DNA of 64,000 nucleotides from Lytechinus pictus (Eukaryota): NCBI RefSeq assembly GCF_037042905.1, contig NC_087252.1, positions 9,054,001 to 9,118,000 of the forward strand, read 5' to 3'. Shown piece by piece: positions 53,531 to 64,000 of this stretch (position 1 is its first letter; each line of letters starts with the position of its first letter). The notes under the pieces were generated by a model. It saw only the letters and a program-made list of their open reading frames with translations, ran no database searches and was not told where the DNA came from. The position numbers and the translations under genes were made by a program.

Positions 53531-54196
53531 TTAATATACAGAGTGTTCCACAAAAAAATGAAGCTTCTCATTATCAATGATTTGTCTTAACTTAATCACA
53601 AATATAATAGATAAATGACATATCCTGTTAAAGCCTAGAGTCTTTTCTTTCAACCTGGTATAACTCCAGACCATTCCTCGTCCTCCCCTGAGTGAAGGAT
53701 ACCAAATGTGACAAGCCATCCAAAAATCAACAATAAGACGCCCAAAATAAATTTTGAGATATTAATTCAGTTTGCAAAAGTACATCCTTAGCTTTGAAAT
53801 GATAGATAAGTTGTCTAAATTGATCAACAATAACCCACTAAATTGAATGCAGAAGAAACAAAGCAAGAGCTTCAAAAAATAAGGAGAAAACAGCGTTTGA
53901 AGTTCACATTCACTCAAACATGAGATATGCACACTGTTCAATTTCAGAGAAACTTCCACGCAGTCTACAACAATTCGTGCCAAAGAACTCTTGTATTTTG
54001 TTCATTCAACTTCATGACTTCAAACTTTTACAGTATGAAGAAGAAATAATTTTTCTGATAAGTTATCTTTTTTTATTTTTTGGTTTCTGGAGACTAAATT
54101 ACTATTTTGGCTGTTTACAGAGAACCATCCCTGGTGACTTAATGGTGGTTTTGGGGTTGTAGGTCACAAAAAGTCACTTTGCGGGTGGTATCTTAC

Positions 54197-54304
54197 CTGG
54201 TTTCTGTTGAGGTATAGTGGTAACCGTCTGCCACGCCTGGGCTGGGGTAGGAACCTGATTAGCTGATGGTGGTTCAGGAGGCCCAGCATAAAGATGGGAT
54301 GCAC
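54197..54304 (-). CDS. mael: maelstrom coding exon (GASHLYAGPPEPPSANQVPTPAQAWQTVTTIPQQKP)
   Basis: ttttaacAG acceptor, G|GTAAGA donor, 108 nt, phase 1-1, open frame. Confidence 0.8.
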
Positions 54305-54714
54305 CTGTTAAAAAAAAAACCAGCAATTACTGCATAAAGTCCTTGCCTGTTTGTTCATATAGTTTAATATAGTTTGTTGTTAAGCGCATAGAGAATGTAT
54401 TAATTATTATGCACTTAATAAATCTAGCATTTTTATTATTAAACGGGCACTGTATGCATGTGATAAAAATATGGAGTAAACATGATATGTAGATTAACAG
54501 TTTTAAATCTACTACACTAAAAACGCCTGAAACAAAATAAATATTTAATGAAATACATGTGTGTGTGTGTGTGCTGAAAATTGAGTTTAAATAATCATCT
54601 CATCAAGAGAGATTCAAAACAACTGGTATAAGAACTAATACCGTCTCATACCATCTCATACCGTTTTCATGATATTGTTTTTACATTGATTCTAGAGGGA
54701 AGAACAATGAAGAA

Positions 54715-54820
54715 GATGGTGGTGGTGACAAAGTTAATGGTTGGATGATGTTGATGGTGGTGATGATGATGATGGTGGTGGTGATGATGATGATGGTGGT
54801 GGTGGTGATGATGATGGTGG

Positions 54821-54852
<32 letters not shown>

Positions 54853-55338
54853 ATAATGATGATGGTGGTGATGATGATGGTGATGATGGTGGTGATGATG
54901 ATGGTGGTGATGATGATGGTGGTGATGATTATGGTGTTGTTGATGATGGTGATGAGGATGATGAGGGGGTGTTGATGGTGATGATGATGGTGGTGATGAT
55001 GATGGTGGTGATGATTATGGTGTTGTTGATGATGGTGATGAGGATGATGAGGGGGTGTTGTCGTTGATGACGATGTCAATGGTGATGCGACATTAATGAT
55101 GATGGTGGCAGCTGTGATGATGGTGATTAGGATGACAATCTTGATAATGATGATGGTTACAATGGTGATGATGATGATAGTGATTGATGGTGATGGCGTT
55201 TATGATAATTAATGAGATGATGGTGATAATGATGGTCGTGGTGTTTATTATGATGTTGACGATTATTTTGTGGAGATGATGATGGGGGTGGTTGTGGTGA
55301 TGATGATGGTGATGATAATGATTATGATGATGATGATG
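54715..55338. repeat. Degenerate (GAT/GGT)n low-complexity tract
   Basis: Direct reading; source of the poly-D/M/H ORFs. Confidence 0.95.
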
Positions 55339-55340
55339 TT

Positions 55341-56280
55341 TCGGATTCCGGTGACCCGGGTTCGATTCCCACGTGGTGCGCTAGTGCCCTTTGGTAAGGC
55401 ATTTATCCTCATTACCAGGTCCCTCGGAGAGGACCTTAACCCTAATTCTCCCGGGGGGGGGGCCATTATGGCCCCCCCCTCGACAATTTTCGCGATATAT
55501 CTGCTGCGCAAATTTTTTTGACCTCGCCGCTCACTGACTTTTTACTTTCAAGTCTCGCGCAAATTTTGAGCCCAAATTTGTGACGCCCGAGTACACGGTT
55601 ACGACATTACGCAACATTATGTAAGTGCATGTCAGACCCAAAATTGCTCATAAACGTGATTTCATTTACAAATCCAATGCAAATTGTGTATTTAGCCAAA
55701 ATTCATAAATGTATCATTATTTCTACTTTTACTGATTAAACTTAATTAATTTTGCCTTGTTTATGATCAGAATTAAGTCTGGAACAATTTCCATTGAAAA
55801 AACAATAAAAAACAAAAAGTAAAAAAACAAAGAAATACATAAGAAATTCATAAAACAATAAAATACATAAGAAATTAATTTCCAAACTGAAGTTTTTTTA
55901 ATTGCGATTGTTAAGAATGCTACAAAGAATATTTTTACCAAAAATTAGCATTCTAGAAGCTTTATTTAGTGAATTAGAGCAAAAAGTATGATTTATGCAT
56001 AAATTTGCATAATTAATTCATATAAAATAAAATCTCATTATTTTGGAAAATTTTACCATACAGCCTTGTAGATTACATCGCACACTACCAGCGTGCAAAT
56101 TTTTGCGTCGCTCGCGCGATCGGCGGCCGAGATCTTAAGGGGGGGCCATAATGGCCCCCCCCCCCGGGAAGGACAAGAATCAAAATACCCCGGGAGAGTT
56201 AGGGTTAAGCCGTTGGTCCCCTGGTTGCTTGCTCACAGGCATTCGTGCTTTCTTAGCAGTCAGGTAAAAAACCTCGGTAT
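55341..56280 (+). mobile_element. 5'-truncated tRNA-derived SINE split by the piggyBac-type MITE
   Basis: B box GGTTCGATTCCC at ~55359; body ...ggagaggaccTTAA resumes as gccgttggtcccc... at 56209; A-rich end at ~56280. Confidence 0.65.
55440..56204. mobile_element. 765-bp piggyBac-type MITE, copy 2 (mael intron)
   Basis: TTAA + CCCTAATTCTCCCGGG ... CCCGGGAGAGTTAGGG + TTAA; colinear with and highly similar to 52766-53530. Confidence 0.92.
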
Positions 56281-56471
56281 AAAAAAAAATGATGATGGTG
56301 GTGATGACAACAGTGATAATCACCATGTAAATAACAAGAAAACTGATGAATATGATGCTGGTAATGTTGATGAAAGTAATGACATTAAGACATCAAGATA
56401 ATCAATTAGATGAGATTTCAGATGGTGAAGAACCCTTTAAAAAAACACTGAAATAATAATGAGCCTTATAC

Positions 56472-56537
56472 CTGATTCTTGGCTATGAACAGTCTCAGGA
56501 ATGTTAGACTTTGGCTGTGAAACAACATGAGCTATAC
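56472..56537 (-). CDS. mael: maelstrom coding exon (GIAHVVSQPKSNIPETVHSQES)
   Basis: cattcAG acceptor, G|GTATAA donor, 66 nt, phase 1-1. Confidence 0.75.
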
Positions 56538-56828
56538 CTGAATGTTACAAGGAGAAAAAAAAACATTACAACCATTTCTTTTTTTTTTCAAAATGATTTG
56601 AACTTCCAAAGCTTTAAAAATGCAGAATATATATATATATATATACATGTATACAAGATAAACAAAATGATAAAATCAAGAATAGAAAGCAAAGCATGTA
56701 AAAAGTGCTATTCCCTTTTTTATATAAAGACTGGTAGAAAAGTTTTTGAACTGAAGTGGCTATTCTGCCTAAAATTTGACATTATTATTATATGAAAACT
56801 AAATAAAATATCTGATGAATAGACATAC

Positions 56829-56883
56829 CAATAGTTGACGGCTGACGCAGCGGCTTATCTTCATATGAGGCCATTCGTTGTGC
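56829..56883 (-). CDS. mael: maelstrom coding exon (AQRMASYEDKPLRQPSTI)
   Basis: ctgtAG acceptor, G|GTATGT donor, 55 nt, phase 0-1; bridges the flanking exons in frame. Confidence 0.78.
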
Positions 56884-57047
56884 CTACAGTAGAGCAAGTA
56901 AAAGAAGAGACAGAAATGATTTGACCGACCAACCAGGGAGTCGGTTATGCACAAAGTTGATTGATTGAAGAATTTTATTGGCTATTTCCATTCTCACGAC
57001 CCAGAGATTGAATTGCAATTATGGTTACAATGTATTTACAAGATTAA

Positions 57048-57753
57048 AGGTCAAGTCCACCTAAGAAAAATGTTGGTTTCAATCAATAGAGAAAAATCAG
57101 ATAAGAATAATGCTGAAAATTTCATCAAAATTGGATGTAAAATAAGAAAGTTATCAAATTTTAAAGTTTTACTTATTTTTCACAAAATAGTTATGTAGTA
57201 GTAGTAGTAGTAGTATGGTATTTATTCAAAAAAAAAAACTGGCAAAACAGTCCAAAGACTGAAAAATCCAGTGCACAGTATAAACAAAGGCAAATTAAAA
57301 TACGCACAATTTAGTCACATGCAAATGAGATAATCGATGATGTCCTTCACTATTTCTTTTGTTTTTTATTGTTTGAATTATACAATATTTCAATTTTTAC
57401 AGATTTGACGATAAGGACAAACTTGACTGAACCATAAAATGTTAAACAATGGTAATTCCACATGTTCAAATAGAAATAAAGCTTTGTTTCACATGACAAT
57501 AGGGAGAAATTTATAATATTTCATATTTCATATAATAAAATACAAAAGAAATAGTGAGTGAGTGATGTCATCAGTTCCCTCATTTGCATACCGACTGGGA
57601 TGTGCATATAACTGTTTTGTGAAATTAAGCAAAAATCATAAATGTCATAACTTTCTTATTTTACATCCGATTTTGATGAAATTTTCAGTGTTGTGCTTGT
57701 TTGATTTTTCTCTTTTTATTCAAATCAACTCTTTGTTGGGGTGGACTTTTCCT
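57048..57753. mobile_element. TTAA-target MITE (Kolobok-type) with a ~108-bp internal insertion
   Basis: TTAA + AGGTCAAGTCCACC ... GGTGGACTTTTCCT + TTAA. Confidence 0.85.
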
Positions 57754-58281
57754 TTAAGAAAAATAAATGTTGAAGCAGTTCCAATTCAGGTAATGAAACA
57801 TAAATGAAATGGTAGTATACATAAAGTTGATCAAATTTTGTACGAAATGTACCAATTATGCCTTTAACCACTTTTTCAGAAGTTTGGAATTAACACTCTT
57901 TATATGAGAACAAAATTAGGAAAACAAGAAATATGTTCATTTCCTTTGCATAATGTGATAATATAACATACCAGTAATACAAAATAAATTGGTTGGTCCA
58001 GCATGGCTACATCTATATAGCAGCAACTTTTTCAAAAGTTTGGCTAAGGACTGATAGAAACTTGGTTTTAAAAAAAAAGGTTAAATAGGACAACCCCAAA
58101 TGAGTTCAATCTATTTCTGTCAAAGCACTCAATGCATCACCAATGTTTGCAAGAGCTTTCCAATCTGTAACTCCTATGTACATATCCGACTCATTCGGGA
58201 ACAATTCAGCACTGCACTAATGGACAAAGATAAGGCACTGGAACCAGATGATTCTGTAGTAAACTGGTTAAAATATCCTAC

Positions 58282-58513
58282 CTCACGAGCCGTGTTGATG
58301 TCTTCTCTATCTTCCACATCACTGTCTCTCATCCGAGGGGGTGTGTAGTTGCGCCCCTTGCTGTTACCCCTCGGTGGAGTACGTTGACCTTGTGGTTTGA
58401 TCTCCCTCTGCTGCGCGGGATAGACGATAGCGTCTGGGGTTTCGGCCTCCGGTATATGGTTGGGTGTCAGCTCTACGTCGTACCTAGGACAGACCGCATC
58501 ACTGAGGCAGTAG
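58282..58513 (-). CDS. mael: maelstrom coding exon (YCLSDAVCPRYDVELTPNHIP...DINTARE)
   Basis: cttcatAG acceptor, GAG|GTAGGA donor, 232 nt, phase 2-0. Matches the end of the MAEL domain (vertebrate YCISNSL...IQLT..HVP). Confidence 0.88.
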
Positions 58514-59052
58514 CTATGAAGACAGACAGATTCAAACTTGTGGATTCTTAGTTTAAAAAGTGGACACACATGGGTCCCGTAACACAACACGATTTACTAA
58601 ATATTTATTATATATATTATTATATCCCTTATTTAAGATTGTTGTATTGAGAGTGTACACAAGGAGAAAAGAATAGTTTTACTACGAAAAACGTTTGCCA
58701 TGAAATAGTTCATTTACCTTGCTGACGTCACGCATAGTCCATTTTTTCCCTAGGGAAAAAGTGAACTATACGTTTTTTGACCCCGCCCCCTACTCGATTC
58801 GCGAGCTGTGCGGCGCGATGCGAGCAGAGCGCTGCTAAGCCCAACGGTACTCTCTACTGCATGCCACGGGCAACTTTCGGCGAGCTGCACTAACCAGGTG
58901 CGCTCGCTGAACAGACGATCAATACAGCAAGGCTTATTGTTTTCTCAACGATTGTTCCATCATCGACTAATTAAAAATCGTTTTGCTGTAAAAGTCGGGT
59001 ATCAAGGAAGAATATCGTATGAAGAATATATATGAGTGGAAGGGATATAAAA

Positions 59053-59220
59053 CAAATATACAATGACCCATTCTCGGAACTGGCTAAAACTATTTGCACT
59101 CAGGAACATCACATAGTACTATTCTCCCTCGGGCCGATGGCCCTCGGGAGAATAGTACTATATGATGTTCCTTCGATGCGAATAGTTTTAGCCAGATCCT
59201 CGAGTGTCATTGTATATTTG
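59053..59220. repeat. ~80-bp-arm imperfect palindrome, probably part of a non-autonomous element spanning ~58610-59230
   Basis: caaatatacaatgac..ctggctaaaactatt..catagtactattctccc / gggagaatagtactata..aatagttttagccag..gtcattgtatatttg. Confidence 0.85.
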
Positions 59221-59358
59221 TATACCATACTTTGGTTACACCGTGTTACCACAATACATCAACAAAATGATAAAACTATTATCAAATATCAATATTTTTT
59301 TTCAATTCCATAATTTTTATAATATTGAAATATCGCCGAGCACTAGAATAAAACTCAC

Positions 59359-59427
59359 CAGTATTTATTGCAGGTTCCCAAAGCACAATTTTCAAGGACT
59401 ACTTCCGTTTCTTCATGATACTCACAT
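59359..59427 (-). CDS. mael: maelstrom coding exon with zinc-binding C-H-C residues (RCEYHEETEVVLENCALGTCNKYC)
   Basis: ttcatccAG acceptor, TG|GTGAGT donor, 69 nt, phase 2-2. Matches the MAEL motif RCxxHEE...CAL. Not present in the ORF track; found by reading. Confidence 0.9.
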
Positions 59428-61511
59428 CTGGATGAAAATAGAATAATGATTATAAAGTTAATCCTGATATCATGGAACTGATTATCATCATGTTGCTCAT
59501 CACAACAATTAAAGAAACAATCCCACCACCATCATTATGATCAAAACAATCAGTAGCAAAGCAAAGAATATCCTTTTCATCATCATCGCTATCGCCATGT
59601 CAGCATCATGATCAGCAGCATCGATCATCACACCATAATCACTACAACTACTATCATCAACAACCACTATATAAATCCAGCTATTATCAGAGCTGCCAAC
59701 CTTGTGCAAGCAAAAAAAGGAATCATTATGGCCAAAAAAAGGAATTTCCAACAAAAAAAGGAATGTGTTAAAACGAACCTTAAAACCACATGCGACAAAC
59801 ATCCAATGCAAAAAGTATGTATGCAGTGAACAATTAAAAAAAAGTTAATCTCTAGGCCTAGTCTGGGCTAAGTGACGGAGTGTTACAAATTGGACCCTTA
59901 GTCTTGGGCCGTTTGATATAATCTACCAACTTTAATTAAGTCAGTAGCAGGGCTTGAATTAAGTATTGAGAGGGGCAAGGCCATTTTTAAATGGGCACTT
60001 TCAGCTTGGGGCAACCGGTAAAGTGGCCTTGAATGCCCCAAATTTTCAAGGGGTATCAAGGCCATTCTAAAGGGCATGAAGGCCACTTTTATTCTAGTCA
60101 AATGGGCACCTAGGCAAATTTTTCTAAAAATGACAAGTAGGCCTTTCATTTTGTAGTGCAACCTACTCCGGCACTTATCAAAGTGAAGATCTGTCGAGAA
60201 AAAATTCTTTCAGGGGCACCAAAATCAGTTCTGGGGAACATTTTTAGGGCTCCATTTTTCTGGGGCTTCCTTTCCACTTTGTTTTATGTTTAGTTTCCTG
60301 ACAAAACTACCAAATTGTAGACTAAGAGAAAAAAAAAAAAAGTTGACATCAATTCAGACTTCTCTTCCCAAGTAACATTGTTTTTGCCAAACAGTACCCT
60401 TTAAAATTAAAGTGTCATAAAATGGAAGTGTACATGTAACATTCAACAAATATAGAAAAATTATTCATAAATCAATCTAATCTAAAATTCAAATAGATCT
60501 ATAGATAAGAAGTTGAAATCATTCCACAAAAGTCCCATCGTAAATCACTTCACGATGTGCACAGCTCAGCCTCAATCACACTGCACGCACACTCAATCAT
60601 CCCCAGCAGTGACAGCACTATAGAGCAGACATCTAGGCCGCCAGAACCGGGGAAGAAATCTTCCCATTCCTGCTAAACTGAAAAAAGAATGCTAAAGTGC
60701 CGACTTTTTTAATGAATTCCAAAGGCAGTAGGACATCTCTCTAGTATAAATCATGTGAAACTATCAATAAATGTTGAATATCACCCAGAATTATTACTTC
60801 AGGGGACAATGAAGAGCTTTCCAGGTCTTTTCAAAGCTGAATTCATCGTATTTGTTTGATACGAGTTGATGAAAATTAACCAGACAGTACCGTTATCTGA
60901 AGGGAATTGATATTAATCAATTCAAGAAAATAGCCTCAAAATTTAATTTCTTTATCACTACAATTAATTTTAAAGTATATGAAAAACATCTTTTGATGAT
61001 TCAATCTTTAATATATATGATGAGTATTTTCGTAAAATTTTGCAAATGGAATAATAATTTCCCTCAAACCTCCAAATCCCCCTCCATTACAAATGGACTC
61101 TTCTCTTACTACATTTGGGGAATTACCCTACCCAATTCATCGTACTCCTCGCTCTGCGCTGCAAGAACAAACGTTGGCTCCACTCACCTGAACAGTGTTG
61201 GCCCATGCGTAAAGACAACGTATTAGCAGTAACGTTAGATCTAACATTCGGCGGAAATCTGATTTTCGGATAGTTTTTTTGTACATAAAACATCACTTTA
61301 TAGGAAAGAAATTACATGCAAATTTAAGATAAAATATATAAAATTCAGAAATATTGTACCTTAGACCGCAGTTACTGTTATTTCCTTTCAAATGATGATC
61401 AAAACATAATCATCCTCGATCCTTTCGTTTGTCATCGTAAGTTGCCATCTTGGATGACGTCATCATCCTTACAGACGTATTTACCAGTCGCTATACATCG
61501 CGATTCGTACC

Positions 61512-62065
61512 CCCGGGGGGGGGGGGGGCACTCAGTATATAATGCATAGTGGGTATGTGCCGCGGAGGGGACCCCCATTTTTACACTCAAATTTCCGTTC
61601 CAAGGCATAGCATTTTTGTCTTATTGAGAAAAAGAACAAAGAAAGCCGCTCCAAAGCATAGCATTTTCTTCTTATCGAGAAAAAAGAAGAAAGAAATCCG
61701 CTCCATAGATTCGCATAGTTTTCGTTACGGTCGCATTGATCTGCTACACGGAGCTGCAATTTTGGTGAAAAGCGGCCGCGGAGTGCTGTCCGACCATCGC
61801 CTCTGCGCTAGCGCACCCGGCGGAGGCCGCGCTAGCTGCAATGCATGCACGCATGCCCGTTCCATAGGGATGCATATACGCACTCATCACACGCTGGCGA
61901 TCCGTTCAAAGGACCCCCGTTTTCACAAACATTTGTAGTTCCGAAGCCCGTTCCGAGGACCCTCCTTTTTACAATTAGCCCGCTCCAAGGCCCCCGTTTT
62001 TGTCTCGCCCGCGGCACACCCCTACCACTTTTTTGATCGAGTGCCCCCCCCCCCCCCCCCCCGGG
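61512..62065. mobile_element. 554-bp non-autonomous DNA transposon, CCCGGG termini, 8-bp TSD (superfamily not assigned)
   Basis: TTCGTACC (61504-11) + CCCG(n)CACTC ... GAGTGC(n)GGG + TTCGTACC (62066-73). Confidence 0.88.
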
Positions 62066-62344
62066 TTCGTACCATGCATGCCGCTCGCATATTCAACTAA
62101 CGTATATGTACGTGCACGCTATCAAATTATTAAAGTGCGTTGGAAAACCGGCCGGCGGGCGACTACGCACGCGCAAGTACCAGGCTCATCTCGGGCTCAA
62201 CACGCACTCCACATACATACAATTATGTACACACATTATCAAAATTGTCAAAAAACGTAATTTGAAAAGAAAAACCATAATGCCGTAATTTGAATGAAAA
62301 AACGTAATGATTACGGCAAAAACGTAATGGTTGGCAGCTCTGTA

Positions 62345-62920
62345 TTATCATTATCACTGCCAAAATCATCACTATCATCTCATAGCAATACTCATCATCT
62401 TTACCATCGTCGAGGTGACCACTACCATCATCACCAAAGCCATCTTCATCACAATCACCATAACTACAGCAACCACCATTCACCCTCATTATCATCACCA
62501 TCATCATCACCATCATCACCATCATCATCATTAGCATCATGCCATAGCCATCATTATCACCATTAACCTCATCATCATCATCACCATCACCACCATCATC
62601 ATCACCATCATCATCACCACCATCATCATCACCATCAACATCAGCAGGATAAGCATCACCACCATTATCATTATCACCATCATCATCACCATCATCATCA
62701 TCACCCTCATCATCACCATCATCATCATTATTTGACATGACCCTCATCATCACCATCAACATCATCATCACCATCATCACCACCACCATCATCATCAGCA
62801 TCATCACGCCATAGCCATCATCATCACCATCAACTTGCCACTGCAATTCACAATTGCCATCGTCACAACACCACTATTCTAATCAAATACACATCATCAC
62901 CATCACAACCACAACCATCA
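62345..62920. repeat. Degenerate (CAT/CAC)n tract
   Basis: Direct reading. Confidence 0.95.
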
Positions 62921-62980
62921 TAAAATTCTCACCTTCAACACCCCAACCCATCCCCTAACCCTCCATACTCTCCCCCTCAC

Positions 62981-63125
62981 CTCGTATCCTTCATGTAATC
63001 CCAGGCCGATGACGCAAGAAGCGCAGAGACCTGGCTCCGGGATGGAACGATCTCTCCCGCATTTCTGAACAGTTCTAGAATCAGGAGCTCAGCTTCGTAG
63101 ACCTTGGTCAAATTGTTTGACATTC
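62981..63125 (-). CDS. mael: maelstrom coding exon (GMSNNLTKVYEAELLILELF...PSRSQVSALLASSAWDYMKDTR); upstream exons are outside the window
   Basis: ctctttcAG acceptor, AG|GTGAGG donor, 145 nt, phase 1-2. PSRSQVSALLASSAWDYMKDTR resembles vertebrate MAEL PSKTW.RSLLDVAMWDYSSNTR. Confidence 0.9.
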
Positions 63126-63330
63126 CTGAAAGAGAGCAGGAAGTATGAAAGAAAGAAATGTCAAACCAGGGCTGAATGAACACTTAATTTCCGATTGGGC
63201 TACGCCCGCTTCCAATTCATCTCATCCCACATGGTCTAAACCAATACTTTGTCTTCAACCAGTACCATTTGCTTCTTGAATTTCTGTGATATTATTCATA
63301 TTTTTCATAGATTCTCCAAATTGATTGAGG

Positions 63331-63435
63331 TGGTGCCGTGGTTGAGTGGTCTAAAACGCCTAAACCAGACACAGGAAAGCCTGGGGTCTGATCCCGTGCC
63401 ACAACACCTGTGCCTGTGAGCAAGGCATTTAACAT
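63331..63435 (+). mobile_element. Degenerate tRNA-derived SINE head
   Basis: A-box-like GTGGTTGAGTGG, decayed B box GGTCTGATCCC, followed by gtgcctgtgagcaaggcattt, similar to the SINE at 55341. Confidence 0.5.
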
Positions 63436-64000
63436 TCTTGGTCAACAATGTGTGCACTTTTTTTCTTTAAAGAAAAAAAAGAAAGAAGCAGCTACTTACC
63501 CCCGTTCCTGGCCATCCAAGAGAGAGTGAATTCTACCACTTCCCGACAACGTAGCTATGATCATAAAAACAAAATATACTGTACTAACATAATATGCAAC
63601 ATATATATAGCACTTAATACAATGTTTCTAAGCATGTACCTACGCATTGCATTTTATATCATTAGTAGTAAACATAGGCAATTACACAGAGAGATTTAAC
63701 ATTATTTATTTAAATAATCCAGCTATTATTATCATTATCACTGCCAAAATCATCACCATCATCTCATAGCAATACCCATCATCTTTACCATCCTCGAGGT
63801 GACCACTAGAGTTATTTAAATAACTCTGATTTCAAATAACTTATTATCAAGAAAAAAAAATATTCACAACAAATTTCCTGAATTTCACTCCATATTTGTA
63901 TGCTTCTTCTAAAGGGTTTTAAATGTCAATGATTTTCCAAAGAATTCCCACTCCTATTTTTTTTTTTTAAGAAACTGTTTTGGTTGCTTTCAAACGGGGA

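Noticed and set aside
53531..53719. Extra mael exon containing 'LRGGRG'
   Set aside because: No convincing splice sites. It appears to lie in repeat-like sequence starting TACAGAGTG, and the exon chain is already in frame without it.
54681..55079. His/Asp/Met-rich ORFs here and at 62223-62846
   Set aside because: Degenerate (GAT/CAT)n intronic microsatellites.

Overview
AT-rich, intron-containing animal genomic DNA. The repeat families look like those of a marine invertebrate, probably an echinoderm (sea urchin); this is inference only. The window has four zones. (1) 1-24.7 kb: a young macrosatellite with seven ~1.6-kb unique spacers alternating with 1.6-2.3-kb degenerate (GTA)n arrays. It is organised as an A/B dimer with one recombinant spacer and a TTAA-flanked MITE in the terminal copy only. 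(2) 29-43.9 kb: two tandem paralogous genes. Each has a non-coding first exon and a single-exon 338-aa all-helical protein with a central hydrophobic hairpin (candidate alpha-pore-forming / membrane-active effector). The second lies behind a dense cluster of NF-kB-like sites. The intron of the first carries a circularly permuted, inverted repeat element containing a complete 72-nt tRNA-like cloverleaf with a TCA anticodon. (3) 44-51.7 kb: a MITE-rich interval. (4) 51.8-64 kb: the last seven coding exons of a minus-strand maelstrom (piRNA pathway) gene ending in a GRG-repeat tail; its 5' part lies beyond the window. Almost all other ORFs in the track are microsatellite or repeat artefacts.
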